This document shows, in pieces, positions 49,180 through 58,983 of a DNA stretch of 64,000 bases (positions within the stretch are counted from its first letter, which is position 1; each line of letters begins with the position of its first letter). A model generated the notes under the pieces. The model searched no databases, was not told the DNA's origin, and worked only from the letters and a program-made list of their open reading frames with translations. A program made the position numbers and the translations under genes. Origin of the DNA: Planctomycetota bacterium (GTDB lineage Bacteria > Planctomycetota > UBA1135 > UBA2386); NCBI GenBank assembly GCA_016795295.1, contig JAEUHP010000007.1, forward strand, positions 10,896 through 74,895, in the 5' to 3' direction.

Positions 49180-51233
49180 CGCCGCCCGCTCCAACGCAGC
49201 ATCTGCGCCGCCAGGTCGTTGGGATACTCGACCACCACGTCGACCACCTTGCCGCCGGCCCCGCGCACGAGCCGCAACTCCGGCTGCACGAAGCCGGTCA
49301 CCGACGGCAGGCCGAGCCCTTCGAGGCGCTGCAGGACCTCCTGGTGCAGCTGCGGATCGACCTTGGTGCCGTAGGTCTCGACCAGGGCCTTGCCACCGGC
49401 GAAATCCCCTTCGGCCTTGATGCGCATCACTTCCGCCAGCAAGCGCCCACAGCCGGCGCGGAACGCCTCGGCGCTGGTGACCACGTAGTAGGTCTTGCCC
49501 TCGCGCCGTTCGACCTGCACGCCGCCGTCGTTGGCCAACAGCCAGTGCACGACCAGCTGCCGATTGCGCATGTGGTCCTCTTCGAGGCGGCCGCCCTTCG
49601 GCACGCGGCGCAACTGCACCAAGGCGTTGCGCGCGTAGGACTCGTACTTGGCCAGCACCGCGTCGGCGTCGGGCACCAGGCCCAGCTCGCGCAGTTTCGC
49701 GTCCGCGAGCCAGTACAAGCCCACCAGGTCGGCGCGCGCCTCTTCGAGGGTGCTGTAGTAGAGCCCGAGCCGTTGCGCCGGATTCTCGATCTCGGGCGCC
49801 ACCTGGCCCGAGGCGTGCCCGACCACTTCGTGCAGGTTGGTGTGCACGTCGTCCATCGCCGCGGCGTGGCGGCGCGCTCGCTCGGCCTCTGCGGCGCTGG
49901 CGGCGAACTCGCCGACACTGCCGACGCCACTGGTGTGGTTGTAGGCGGCGACCACGTTGGCGAGATTCACCGACTTGCTGCCGTACTGCTGGCGCACGTC
50001 GGCTTCGTTGGGCAAGTTGATGCCGACCGGAGTGATCGGCCCACTGTCACCGGTCTCGGTGACCACTTCGATGGCCCGGGCGGCGATGCCGACCACGTTC
50101 GGCTTCTTCCAGCGTTCGTCCCACGGCATGCGCGCTTCGAACCAACCCGCTTCGGCGGCCAACGCGGCGATGCTCCGGGTCTTCTCGGCATCGCGGTAGC
50201 TGACGATGCCCTCCCACGAGCCCTTGATGCCCCTAGGATCCAGGTAGACCTCGACGAAACCGAGCGTGAAGTCGACCACCGAATCGCGGTCCTGCACCCA
50301 GGCGATGTTGAACTCGCGCCAATCGCGCAAGTCCCCGGTCTGGTGGTAGCGGATCAAGCGGCGCAACGCTTCCTGGGTCGGCAACGGCGCATAGGGCAGG
50401 GCCGCGCGCAGGTGCTCGTTGATCTTGGCCAGCGGCTCGGCATAGCGGCCCGGCGGGACCACGCGGCCGTCGCCACAGCGGTACACCTGCTCGACCAGTT
50501 TGCCGTCCTGCTTGACCAGCCGGGAGTTGAGCCCGTGGCGTTCGACGAACCCCGCCAGATCGGCACTGGCGACGCCGACGTAGAGGTTGTTGCAGCTCGC
50601 GCGCAGGGGGTCGTTGCCGTCCTCGGTGCTCTTGTCGGTGACGGACCGGAACGTCGCCGGATCGGTGAGCACCGCGAACACCTCGCGCAGGTCGTGCAGC
50701 GGCGCCAATTCGCGCAGCGACAACCGGTGCCCGGCCGCCTCGGCTTTGGCACAGGCGGCCGCGAACTGCTCCCAGGTGAGGCCCAGCAGCTGCTTCTGCG
50801 TCGAGTGGTAGTCGTGGATGCCCGAATGCACCCAGAACAACTTGGTGTAGCGCTCGACCTCGGCGGCCACCGCCGGCTCGAGCTGGTCTTTGACCAGGTA
50901 GAGCGACTCGAGCACCCAGCGCAGCGGCAGGTTGTAGGCGAACCGCTGGTCCAGGTAGATGTCGCGGCCGGCTGTGGCCGCCTGCACGAGGTGGTAGGCG
51001 AGCAGCTTGTCGCGCAGCGACAGCGCGGCGAACCCGTCGGCGTGCAGCTGCACCACCGCGGTGTGGCCGATGCGTTCGAGTTCGTGGCGACGCTCGCCGA
51101 TGGTCACGTCGTCGAGGGTCACGACCGCCCCCTCGGCCTCGGGCGCAGCCGGGCTCGGCGCAGCACCACAGGCGGCGAGCCAGAGGCAGTACAGGCTCGC
51201 AGCAGTGCGCGGCGGGAAGTTCTTCAGGTTCAT
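49176..51233 (-). CDS. Dipeptidyl-peptidase III (peptidase M49), putative lipoprotein
   Basis: GINLPN, HEVVGH, EEARADL, EEDHMRNR; lipobox WLAAC. Confidence 0.9.
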   Translation of the reverse strand: MNLKNFPPRTAASLYCLWLAACGAAPSPAAPEAEGAVVTLDDVTIGERRHELERIGHTAVVQLHADGFAALSLRDKLLAYHLVQAATAGRDIYLDQRFAYNLPLRWVLESLYLVKDQLEPAVAAEVERYTKLFWVHSGIHDYHSTQKQLLGLTWEQFAAACAKAEAAGHRLSLRELAPLHDLREVFAVLTDPATFRSVTDKSTEDGNDPLRASCNNLYVGVASADLAGFVERHGLNSRLVKQDGKLVEQVYRCGDGRVVPPGRYAEPLAKINEHLRAALPYAPLPTQEALRRLIRYHQTGDLRDWREFNIAWVQDRDSVVDFTLGFVEVYLDPRGIKGSWEGIVSYRDAEKTRSIAALAAEAGWFEARMPWDERWKKPNVVGIAARAIEVVTETGDSGPITPVGINLPNEADVRQQYGSKSVNLANVVAAYNHTSGVGSVGEFAASAAEAERARRHAAAMDDVHTNLHEVVGHASGQVAPEIENPAQRLGLYYSTLEEARADLVGLYWLADAKLRELGLVPDADAVLAKYESYARNALVQLRRVPKGGRLEEDHMRNRQLVVHWLLANDGGVQVERREGKTYYVVTSAEAFRAGCGRLLAEVMRIKAEGDFAGGKALVETYGTKVDPQLHQEVLQRLEGLGLPSVTGFVQPELRLVRGAGGKVVDVVVEYPNDLAAQMLRWSGRR

Positions 51234-53299
51234 TTGTCGGATCCTCGGGAGCTGGGGTCGGCGGCGGGCCGGCAGAATCGATCGAGCCAAGCGAAGTACT
51301 CGCGTTGCCACAGCACGCCGTTCTGCGGCTGCAGCACCCAGTGGCCCTCGTCGGGGAAGGTGAGCAGGCGACTCGGCACACCCTGCAACTGGGCCGCCGT
51401 GAACGCTTGCAGGCCCTGGTCGTACGGCACGCGGTAGTCGCGTTCGCCGTGGATCACCAGCAGCGGCGTGCGCCAGTTCGCCACGTACCGATGTGGCGAG
51501 AAGCGCCGGTAGAGCTCGCCGACCTCGGGCGACTTCCAGAACGGCCCACCGAGATCCCAATCGACGAACCAGAGTTCTTCGGTCGCGAGATACATGCTCT
51601 CGAGGTTGAACACCCCACAGTGCGCGATCATCGCGGCGAAGCGGTCGCCGGCGTTGCCCATCAGCCAATACACGGAATAGCCGCCGAACGACGCCCCGAC
51701 CGCAGCACAGTGCTGGCGGTCGATGTACGGCCGCGCCTGCATGGCATCGGTGACCGCGAGCAGATCGCGCATCGCCTGGCCACCCCAGTCGCGCGAGATC
51801 TGGTCGTTCCAGGCCTGGCCGAAGCCGGGCAGGCCGCGCCGGTTCACCGCCGCGACCACGTAACCGCGCGCCGCCATCAAGTGGAAGTTCCAGCGCAGCG
51901 AGAAGCCCTGCCCCACCATCGACTGCGGACCGCCCTGGCAGAAGAGGATCATCGGGTAGCGGCGCGCAGGATCGAAGCCGGGCGGCTTCACCACGAAGGC
52001 GTGGATGCGCTGGCCGTCGCTGGCCGGAAACCACTCGGCTTCGACGCTCGGCAGGGCCAGCTCGGCGAACGCGCGGCCGTTGTGGTCGGTGAGCGGTGCG
52101 ATGGCCCCGGTGGCCACGTCGATGCGCACCACCTCGGCCGGACGCTCCATGCTGGTGCGCAGCGCGTAGACGGTCGCCCCGTCCGGGGCGACCTGCAGGC
52201 CCGACAAGGCGTGCCGGCCTTGGGTGACCGCGTGCGCCCGCGGTTTGGTCAGCGGCGTGCGGTAGAGCTGGGTGGTGCCTTCGGTCTCGACGGTGAAGAA
52301 CAGACTCTGGCTGTCGGCGGTCCAGCGCAGTTCGTGCACCGAAGCGTCGAAGTCCGGCAGCAGCTCGCGATTCACGCCCGAACGGCGCTCGTGCAACATC
52401 AGCCGCAGCCGGTCGGCTTCGAAGCCGGCCCGCGCCATGCTGACGAACGCGATCCACTGGCCGTCGGGCGAATAGACGGGATCCTGGTCGTAGCCGGGCA
52501 GCTCGGGGGTCAGGTTGCGCGCCGTGCCACCGCCGACCGGCACGGCCCACAAACTGCTGTCGGTGCTGACCGCGCGGTTCGGCACCCGCGCCGCCGTGTA
52601 GCAGAGCTCCTGGCCGTCGGGCGACCAAGCCATCTGCTCCACACCGCCGAACGGCGGCAGCGGTGTGTCGACCGCTTCCCCCGCCAGCAAGTCGCGCGGC
52701 CCGCCGCCACCGGTGAACGGCTGCACGAACAGGTGGCTGTAGCTGCCATCGCGCCAGTGGTCCCAGTGCCGCACCATCAAGGCGTCGTAGGCTCGGGCCT
52801 TGGCCAGCGGCAGGTCGGGGTGGCGCGCCGCCAGCCCCGGCTCGACGGCCACGTCCTGGGTGTAACTGAAATGGGTGCCCCGCGGCGACCACCGCACGTT
52901 CGCCGCCCCGCCCGCCACGGGAATCGACACCTTCGGGCCATCCCCCACCGGCCAGACGGTGAGCCCGTCCGGGGTCACCACCGCCACTTGGTCCCCGGTC
53001 GGCAGCCAGGCCGGGGCACTGCCGGGGCCGAGTTCGCGGGGTTCGGCACCCGCAGTGCCGAGGTCGAGCAGCCACACCGTGGCGGCACTGCGATTCTGCG
53101 CCAAGTCCGTGCGCCGCACCACGTAGGCGAGGTGGCGGCCATCCGGTGCCAGGGCGAGTTCGCCCACGCGAAGCAGCCCCCAGAGGGACTCGGGACTCAG
53201 CAGGGTCTGGGGCGGCACCGACGGTGGCGCCTGGGCGGGTACGGACACGACGGCCAACGCCGAGGCCAGGATCGCTTGGCATCGCGGGGAAGGGCGCAT
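51230..53299 (-). CDS. S9 family (prolyl oligopeptidase-like) exported peptidase
   Basis: Beta-propeller repeats (WSPDG), QGGPQ, GASFGG nucleophile, GERDYRVP, PDEGHW. Confidence 0.92.
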   Translation of the reverse strand: MRPSPRCQAILASALAVVSVPAQAPPSVPPQTLLSPESLWGLLRVGELALAPDGRHLAYVVRRTDLAQNRSAATVWLLDLGTAGAEPRELGPGSAPAWLPTGDQVAVVTPDGLTVWPVGDGPKVSIPVAGGAANVRWSPRGTHFSYTQDVAVEPGLAARHPDLPLAKARAYDALMVRHWDHWRDGSYSHLFVQPFTGGGGPRDLLAGEAVDTPLPPFGGVEQMAWSPDGQELCYTAARVPNRAVSTDSSLWAVPVGGGTARNLTPELPGYDQDPVYSPDGQWIAFVSMARAGFEADRLRLMLHERRSGVNRELLPDFDASVHELRWTADSQSLFFTVETEGTTQLYRTPLTKPRAHAVTQGRHALSGLQVAPDGATVYALRTSMERPAEVVRIDVATGAIAPLTDHNGRAFAELALPSVEAEWFPASDGQRIHAFVVKPPGFDPARRYPMILFCQGGPQSMVGQGFSLRWNFHLMAARGYVVAAVNRRGLPGFGQAWNDQISRDWGGQAMRDLLAVTDAMQARPYIDRQHCAAVGASFGGYSVYWLMGNAGDRFAAMIAHCGVFNLESMYLATEELWFVDWDLGGPFWKSPEVGELYRRFSPHRYVANWRTPLLVIHGERDYRVPYDQGLQAFTAAQLQGVPSRLLTFPDEGHWVLQPQNGVLWQREYFAWLDRFCRPAADPSSRGSDK

Positions 53300-53422
53300 G
53301 GGCCTCATCATCGCCACGAGCCCACGCCGATGCCATGGCGGCGTCCCCGGACCGGGAAGGATTGCGCCGCCCGTTCGTCCAACACGTGTTCCCAAGCACC
53401 GATCCGCTACACTGCCCTGGAC

Positions 53423-53839
53423 ATGAACCGCCCGCAACCCACTCCCCGCCGCCACCCCGCCGAAGCCGGCTTCACGCTGGTCGAGATCATGGTCGTGATC
53501 GTGATCCTGGGCCTGCTCGCCACCCTGGTGGCGAAGAACGTGATCGGCGCCAGCGACGAAGCCCGCATCAAAACCACCCTGTCCAATCTGAAGCAGGTCC
53601 ACGACTGCGTGACCAGCTACGCCACCGAGAAGGGCAAGCTGCCGTCCTCCCTGGAGGAGCTGACCAGCGACGAGGCCCAGTCCAAGACTTGGTATCTGGC
53701 GGAAGTGCCGGTCGACGCCTGGGACAATCCGTTCCAGCTGCGCGGTGACAACAAGCGCGACTTCGAGGTCACCAGCAACGGTCCCGACGGCATCGAGAAC
53801 ACCGAAGACGACCTGTCCTCGCGCAAGAAGAAGGAATGA
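53423..53839 (+). CDS. gspG: Type II secretion major pseudopilin GspG-like
   Basis: AG/FTLVEIMVV prepilin motif; VPVDAWDNPF; SNGPDG...TEDD. Confidence 0.88.
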   Translation: MNRPQPTPRRHPAEAGFTLVEIMVVIVILGLLATLVAKNVIGASDEARIKTTLSNLKQVHDCVTSYATEKGKLPSSLEELTSDEAQSKTWYLAEVPVDAWDNPFQLRGDNKRDFEVTSNGPDGIENTEDDLSSRKKKE

Positions 53840-53842
53840 GCG

Positions 53843-54442
53843 ATGCCGCGCGGCAGCCGCCTTCGCCCCCCGCCTCGCGTTGAGACCCGCCACGCCGCGG
53901 GTTTCACGCTGATGGAGCTGCTGGTCACACTGACCGTGATGGCCATGCTGTTCGCGTTGGTGCTGCCCAACCTGGGTGCGTTCGTACCCACCGCCCGGCT
54001 GCAGGGCAGCGGCAAGCAGCTGCTGCGCACCATCGATTGGGCACGGTCGGAAGCGCGGATCCAGGCCCGGCCGATGACGCTCGAGCTCGACCTCGACCAC
54101 GCCCGCTGGCGCGTCGTGCTGCCGCCCGAACTGCGCCTCACCCGCGACCAGGACGAAGAGGAGCTCATGGAGTGGGCGCTGGACTGGAACGAACTGGAGA
54201 CCGGCGTGGTGTTCGGCACCGTGGGCGATGCCAAGCACGGTCCAGCCAAGAAGGGCGTCTACCGCCTCGAATTCGACGCCCACGGCTTCAGCAGCGACCA
54301 GATCGTGGTTCTGCGCATGCCCAGTGAGCCGAAGCTGGTGTGGGCGCTGACCCTGCGTGGGCTGACCGGCGCCGTGACCGTGATCGAAGCCGAGGACGGC
54401 AACGAACCCGAACTCCAGTACGTCGAGGAGGGCGCCTTCTGA
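53843..54442 (+). CDS. Minor pseudopilin (GspH-like)
   Basis: AG/FTLMELLV; ARSEA motif. Confidence 0.8.
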   Translation: MPRGSRLRPPPRVETRHAAGFTLMELLVTLTVMAMLFALVLPNLGAFVPTARLQGSGKQLLRTIDWARSEARIQARPMTLELDLDHARWRVVLPPELRLTRDQDEEELMEWALDWNELETGVVFGTVGDAKHGPAKKGVYRLEFDAHGFSSDQIVVLRMPSEPKLVWALTLRGLTGAVTVIEAEDGNEPELQYVEEGAF

Positions 54443-55272
54443 TGGTTGTGCCGCGCTCGGCGCAGGGGGTGGCATCGCAACGGCTCGCGCCACAGGCCGG
54501 CCCGCGGCCGGACTGCACGCAGCCGGACTACACGCAGCCGGACTACACGCAGCGGGGCTTCACCTTGCTCGAAGCCCTGGTCGCGCTGTCGATCGTGGCC
54601 ATGATCGTGCTGAGCTTCCTCGGCATCCGCACCACGGCACTGACCGACGCCACCCGCGCGCGCAACTGGCGCCTCGCGCGGGAGATCGCCGAAGAGAAGT
54701 TGTCCGAAGTGCAAGCCGGCGCCCTCGAGAACGCCGTGCAGTCCGGCGAGGAACGCCGGCTGGAGAAGTTCCCGGGCTTCAGCTACCGGTTGGTGGTCGG
54801 CGAGAATGCCGTGACCCGACTCGAATCGGAGCTGGCCTCGTCCGCAGCCGGCGAAGACGAGGTCGCCAACGACCGGATCGACTGGCAGCGCAACCGCGAG
54901 CAGTTCCGCAAGGCCAGCGCCCGCGGCCTGTCCGCCATCGACTACCACGACAAGTTGGTCGAGGAAGAGAACCAGCGCCTGCTCGAGAGCAAGGCACCCA
55001 GCGAAACCGACCTCGAGCAGCTGGCCGTGGTCGTCTACTTCCCCAAGCTGGATCCGGACTACGAAGGCCAGCGCGACGCGCTGCTGATCAAAACCCGCGT
55101 GCCGACCCTGGCCCTCTCGGGCATGACCCCCGACGAGGCCGCCGTGGTCGCTGCGGCCAAAGGCGAAGGCGCCGCAGCCACCCCCGGCGGCGCAACGCCG
55201 GGCGGTGCCGGCGGCACCGGTTCTGCGAATTCCGGTTCCAGCGCCACAGGCGGCGCCAAAGGCCCCAAATGA
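54442..55272 (+). CDS. Minor pseudopilin (GspI-like)
   Basis: RG/FTLLEALVAL; LAREIAEEKLSE. Confidence 0.78.
   Translation: MVVPRSAQGVASQRLAPQAGPRPDCTQPDYTQPDYTQRGFTLLEALVALSIVAMIVLSFLGIRTTALTDATRARNWRLAREIAEEKLSEVQAGALENAVQSGEERRLEKFPGFSYRLVVGENAVTRLESELASSAAGEDEVANDRIDWQRNREQFRKASARGLSAIDYHDKLVEEENQRLLESKAPSETDLEQLAVVVYFPKLDPDYEGQRDALLIKTRVPTLALSGMTPDEAAVVAAAKGEGAAATPGGATPGGAGGTGSANSGSSATGGAKGPK
54508..54552 (+). repeat. 3 x 15-bp tandem repeat (ccggact[g/a]cacgcag) encoding PD[C/Y]TQ in the prepilin leader
   Basis: Directly visible tandem repeat. Confidence 0.9.
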
Positions 55273-56336
55273 CCCGTTCCTCCCGCACCCACGCTGCCGG
55301 CTTCACGCTGATCGAAGTGTTGGTCGCCATCTCCATCACCGCAACCGTGATGCTCACCGTGGGCACCACGTTCCGCGTGATGGTCGATGCGCGCGACGTC
55401 GTCGACGAGTTGACCGAATCGACCGAAGCGGGCCCGCGGATCCTGAACCTGATCGAGCGCGACCTGCGGAGCCTGTGGACCTACAACATCGGCAACAACG
55501 CCGTGCTGCGCGGCCGCAGCCTCGACATCGGCAGCTTCGAAGCCGACCGCATCGACTTCCTCTGCACGACGCAGGCGGTCGGGTACGTGCTGAACGCCCA
55601 GAGCCAGCCGCGCCGGCCCGCCGTCTGCGAAGTCGGCGACTGGCTGAAGCCGAACCCGCGCTACCGCGACCTGATGGAACTGTGGCGCCGCGAAGACCCG
55701 ATGGTCGATCGCGACCTGATCACCCAAGGTTCGTTCCAGCTGGTGCACGACCGGATCAAGTACTTCAAGATCTCCTACTTCAAGACGCTCGGCAACAAAG
55801 CCGAGGAGCTGCACGAGTGGGACAGCTCCGCCGACGACCAGTTGCCGCGGCGCATCCGCATCGAGTTCCAGATCGAGCGCCGCCGTGGCAGCGGCAACAC
55901 CGTGAACGCCGTCGAGATCGACGACTTCGAAGACGCAGAGAAGAAGTACGTGCGCCACTTCGTGCTGGACGCCGACGCCGTGGATGCCCTGCGCTCCAGC
56001 GAAGCAGTGATTCCCTTGCTGCCGGTCGAGCCCGAGGTGCAACAGGGCAGCGGCCCAGCCGGCCCAGCCGGCCCCGGTGGCCCGGCCGGCCCAGCGGGGC
56101 CCGGCAGCATCGTCACCAAGGGCAGCGCGACGACCACCACCGCCACCAGGAACGGGCCGGGCATGCCCGGCGGCGAACGCGGCACCGGCATGCCGAACGC
56201 ACCCCGCATTCCCGGCCAGATCCCCGGGGGCGGCTTGCCGCCGGGCCTCGGCGAGATCCTGCGCGGCGGCGGCGGCGCGGGCGGACTCGGCGGCATCTTC
56301 GGCGGGGGTGCGGGCGGCGGCCGCGGCGGCCGCTGA
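55269..56336 (+). CDS. Minor pseudopilin (GspJ-like) with Gly/Pro-rich tail
   Basis: AG/FTLIEVLVAI; LIERDLRS; EWDS....LPRRIRI. Confidence 0.8.
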   Translation: MTRSSRTHAAGFTLIEVLVAISITATVMLTVGTTFRVMVDARDVVDELTESTEAGPRILNLIERDLRSLWTYNIGNNAVLRGRSLDIGSFEADRIDFLCTTQAVGYVLNAQSQPRRPAVCEVGDWLKPNPRYRDLMELWRREDPMVDRDLITQGSFQLVHDRIKYFKISYFKTLGNKAEELHEWDSSADDQLPRRIRIEFQIERRRGSGNTVNAVEIDDFEDAEKKYVRHFVLDADAVDALRSSEAVIPLLPVEPEVQQGSGPAGPAGPGGPAGPAGPGSIVTKGSATTTTATRNGPGMPGGERGTGMPNAPRIPGQIPGGGLPPGLGEILRGGGGAGGLGGIFGGGAGGGRGGR

Positions 56337-56511
56337 CCGGCCACCGCCGCCCCGGCGACCGAGTCGCCGGCCGCGGCGGCGGACGTTGCGTTGGCCCGGT
56401 CGGCTCCGGGCGCTCCGGCCACAGGCCGGCGCTGCCCGGACCCGCAGGCCGACGCCCGGCCACCGACGCCCCGGCGACCGAGTCGCCGGCGGCGGCGGCG
56501 GACGTTGCGTT
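56337..56511. repeat. Two 56-bp direct repeats (2 mismatches), each containing a palindrome; REP-like
   Basis: Copies at 56337-56392 and 56456-56511; core ccggcgac-cga-gtcgccgg; the spacer is also palindromic. Confidence 0.85.
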
Positions 56512-56592
56512 CGCATGGGGGGAGATGGGGCGATTTGCGCGTGGTCCTTGCGCTGAAGGTATATTTCTGCTAAATCAACTGCGTCCAGAGCC

Positions 56593-57318
56593 ATGCCGCG
56601 CCGAGCCACAATGCCACGCCGCCGTCTCGAGCAAGCCGAACTGCCGTTCCGCCAGCATGGTGGGGCGCGCCGCGGGGCCGGCAGGAAGCCAAAGGGTCTG
56701 CAGCCCGGCGTCGCGCACACGAAGCGCGCCGCATTGCCCGCGCGGCATCCGGTGCACGTGACCGTGAAGTTGCGGCAAGGGCTGCCCAAGTTGCGCCAGC
56801 CCCGCGAGCGCGCCGTGCTGCTGGCGGCGTTCGCCCAAGCCAAGCAGCGCGCCGGCCGCACCGGCAGAGCGTTCCGCCTCACCCACTTCGCGATCCTCAA
56901 CGACCACCTGCACCTGATCGCCGAAGCCGAGGACCGGGAAGCGCTGGCGCGCGCCGTACAAGGGCTCTTGATCCGCATTGCCCGCGCGCTCAACAAGGTC
57001 TGGCAGCGCCGCGGCAGCCTGTTCGCCGACCGTTACCACGACCGCGCGCTGACCACACCGCGCGCGGTGCGCTCTGCCCTGCGTTACGTGCTCGCGAACG
57101 GCAAGAAACACGCCGCCGCAGGGCGCGCCGTCACCGTGCCGCAGGCGCTCGACGTCTACACCTCGGCGCCGTGGTTCGACGGCTTCGTCGAGTCCATCAC
57201 CGTGCGCGGCGTCGCGGCCTTGCCCCCGCCGGTGGCGCCCCCACGCACCTGGCTGCTCACCCTCGGCTGGCGCCGCCGGGGCCTGCTTTCGGTGCACGAA
57301 TTGCCCAACACCGCATGA
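56593..57318 (+). mobile_element. REP-associated tyrosine transposase (RAYT, Y1 HUH / IS200-like TnpA)
   Basis: PVHVT, FAILNDHLHLI (HUH), LFADRYH, RYVLAN (catalytic Tyr); no tnpB downstream. Confidence 0.82.
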
Positions 57319-57437
57319 GTCCCCTCAGCCCCAGCGCCCGGCCCCATGGGCGACCCGCCATCAGCCCACCCGCAAGGCCCGGCCCGATCCTCAGGACGGC
57401 TGGAGCGAACCGCCGATTCGTTCGTCGTTCCGCCACC

Positions 57438-58907
57438 ATGAACACCCCGCAGCTCCCCCAAGCCCCCCGCCTCGCCTCCTGGTTGGCCGCGCTGGCCGCG
57501 TTGGCTTGGCTGCCCGCCCAGGAAGGGCTGCGCCAACGCCCCGCGGTCCTGCAGGCCACCGAAATCGACAGCGCCGAACGCGAGCTGCGCACCACCCCGG
57601 TGGTGCGCGCGGTGCAGCGCGCCGCCGACAGCGTGGTCAGCATCTACCTGCAGACGCCCCAGGCGCGCGGCCGACGGCCGATCACCCAAGGGCAGGGCTC
57701 GGGCGTGATCCTCGACGAAACCGGCCTGTGCATCACCAACTGGCACGTGGTGGCCGCGGCCCTGCAGGCCGACGACCGCACCCTGCCGATCGGCATCGAA
57801 GTCAAGCTGCGCGACGGCCGTTCGCGGCCTGCCGTGGTGCTGAGTTCGTCGGCCAACCACGACTTGGCGCTGTTGCAGATGCGGCTCGAAGCCGACGAGA
57901 AGGTCAAGCCGATCGAGATCGCGCGTTCCGCCGAACTGATGATCGGCGAGACGCTGGTGGCGATCGGCAACCCGCAGGGCCACGCCAACACCGTCACCGT
58001 CGGCGTGCTGTCCGCGACCGGGCGCGAGATCGCCGTGCGCTCCCCGGACGGCCAACTGCGCGAATACAAACAACTGCTGCAGACCGACGCCGCGATCAAC
58101 CAGGGCAACAGCGGCGGTGCTTTGCTGGACATCACGGGCCGACTGGTCGGCATCAACAACGCGATGGCGGTCGGCGCCGAGAACATCGGTTTCGCCATCC
58201 CGATCGATTTGGTGCGCGAAGTGTTCACCAAGGAATTGGTGCAGGGCGAGAACTTCGCCATGGCGGCGGATTCGCCCTGGCTCGGCATCGACGTCACCGA
58301 CCAGGAGGGGCAGGTGGTGGTCGCCGCAGTGCAGTCCGGCAGCCCAGCGGCCAAAGCCGGCGTCGAACGCGGCGACGTGCTGCTGCGCATCGACGAACAA
58401 CCGCTGCGCTCCGGGCTCGACTACCAGCGCCGGCTGGTCGACGCACGGCTGCAGCGTCCGTTGCCGCTGCAGCTGCGCCGCGGCAGCCGTGAGCTGCAGG
58501 TCGAGGTGGTGCCCACCACTGCGACGCACAGCCTGTTGCTGTCCCTGGTCGGCGCCGAGTTCGAGGAGATCGACACCAAGAGCGCCGAAGCGGTGCTGCG
58601 CCGCGCCACCCGGGCCTTCTACGGGACCCGCGGCCTGCGCGGCGAACCGATGCTGCCGTCCACCCTGCGCCTCGCCGCCGTGCAGCAGAACTCACCCGCC
58701 GAGGCCCTCGGCCTGCAGCCAGGCGACGTGGTGTTCGCGGTGACCTTGGTCGCCGGCTTCCGCGAACGCGAACATCCGCTGCTGTCGGCGCGCGATCTGC
58801 TGCAGGTGCTGCAGCAGTTCCAAGGCCGCGCCGTGCGCATCTCGGTGCTGCGTGGCGACGAAGAACTCACCGGGCTGCTCGAAGTGCGCAGCCCACGCCG
58901 CCGCTGA
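57438..58907 (+). CDS. HtrA/DegP-like serine protease with two PDZ domains
   Basis: GSGVI, TNWHVV, DLALL, QTDAAINQGNSGG, SPAAKAGVERGD, SPAEALGLQPGD. Confidence 0.92.
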   Translation: MNTPQLPQAPRLASWLAALAALAWLPAQEGLRQRPAVLQATEIDSAERELRTTPVVRAVQRAADSVVSIYLQTPQARGRRPITQGQGSGVILDETGLCITNWHVVAAALQADDRTLPIGIEVKLRDGRSRPAVVLSSSANHDLALLQMRLEADEKVKPIEIARSAELMIGETLVAIGNPQGHANTVTVGVLSATGREIAVRSPDGQLREYKQLLQTDAAINQGNSGGALLDITGRLVGINNAMAVGAENIGFAIPIDLVREVFTKELVQGENFAMAADSPWLGIDVTDQEGQVVVAAVQSGSPAAKAGVERGDVLLRIDEQPLRSGLDYQRRLVDARLQRPLPLQLRRGSRELQVEVVPTTATHSLLLSLVGAEFEEIDTKSAEAVLRRATRAFYGTRGLRGEPMLPSTLRLAAVQQNSPAEALGLQPGDVVFAVTLVAGFREREHPLLSARDLLQVLQQFQGRAVRISVLRGDEELTGLLEVRSPRRR

Positions 58908-58983
58908 CGCGGCGCCGCGTCGCGCGACGCACGCCCGACAGCCAGCCGGTCGCCGCAAACCCTGCCGAGAGGCAGGCCAGCCG

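Noticed and set aside
49176-54493. Apparent giant ORFs of 1407 aa and 1087 aa suggesting peptidase fusions
   Set aside because: The upstream extensions overlap other real genes. DPP III starts at 51233 and the S9 peptidase near 53299.
56337-56511. Possible mini CRISPR array
   Set aside because: Only two 56-bp units, too long for typical CRISPR repeats, a palindromic spacer, and no cas genes.
56548-56576. AT-rich putative promoter for the RAYT (TTGCGC-N17-TAAATC)
   Set aside because: The -10 element lacks the conserved final T; support is insufficient.
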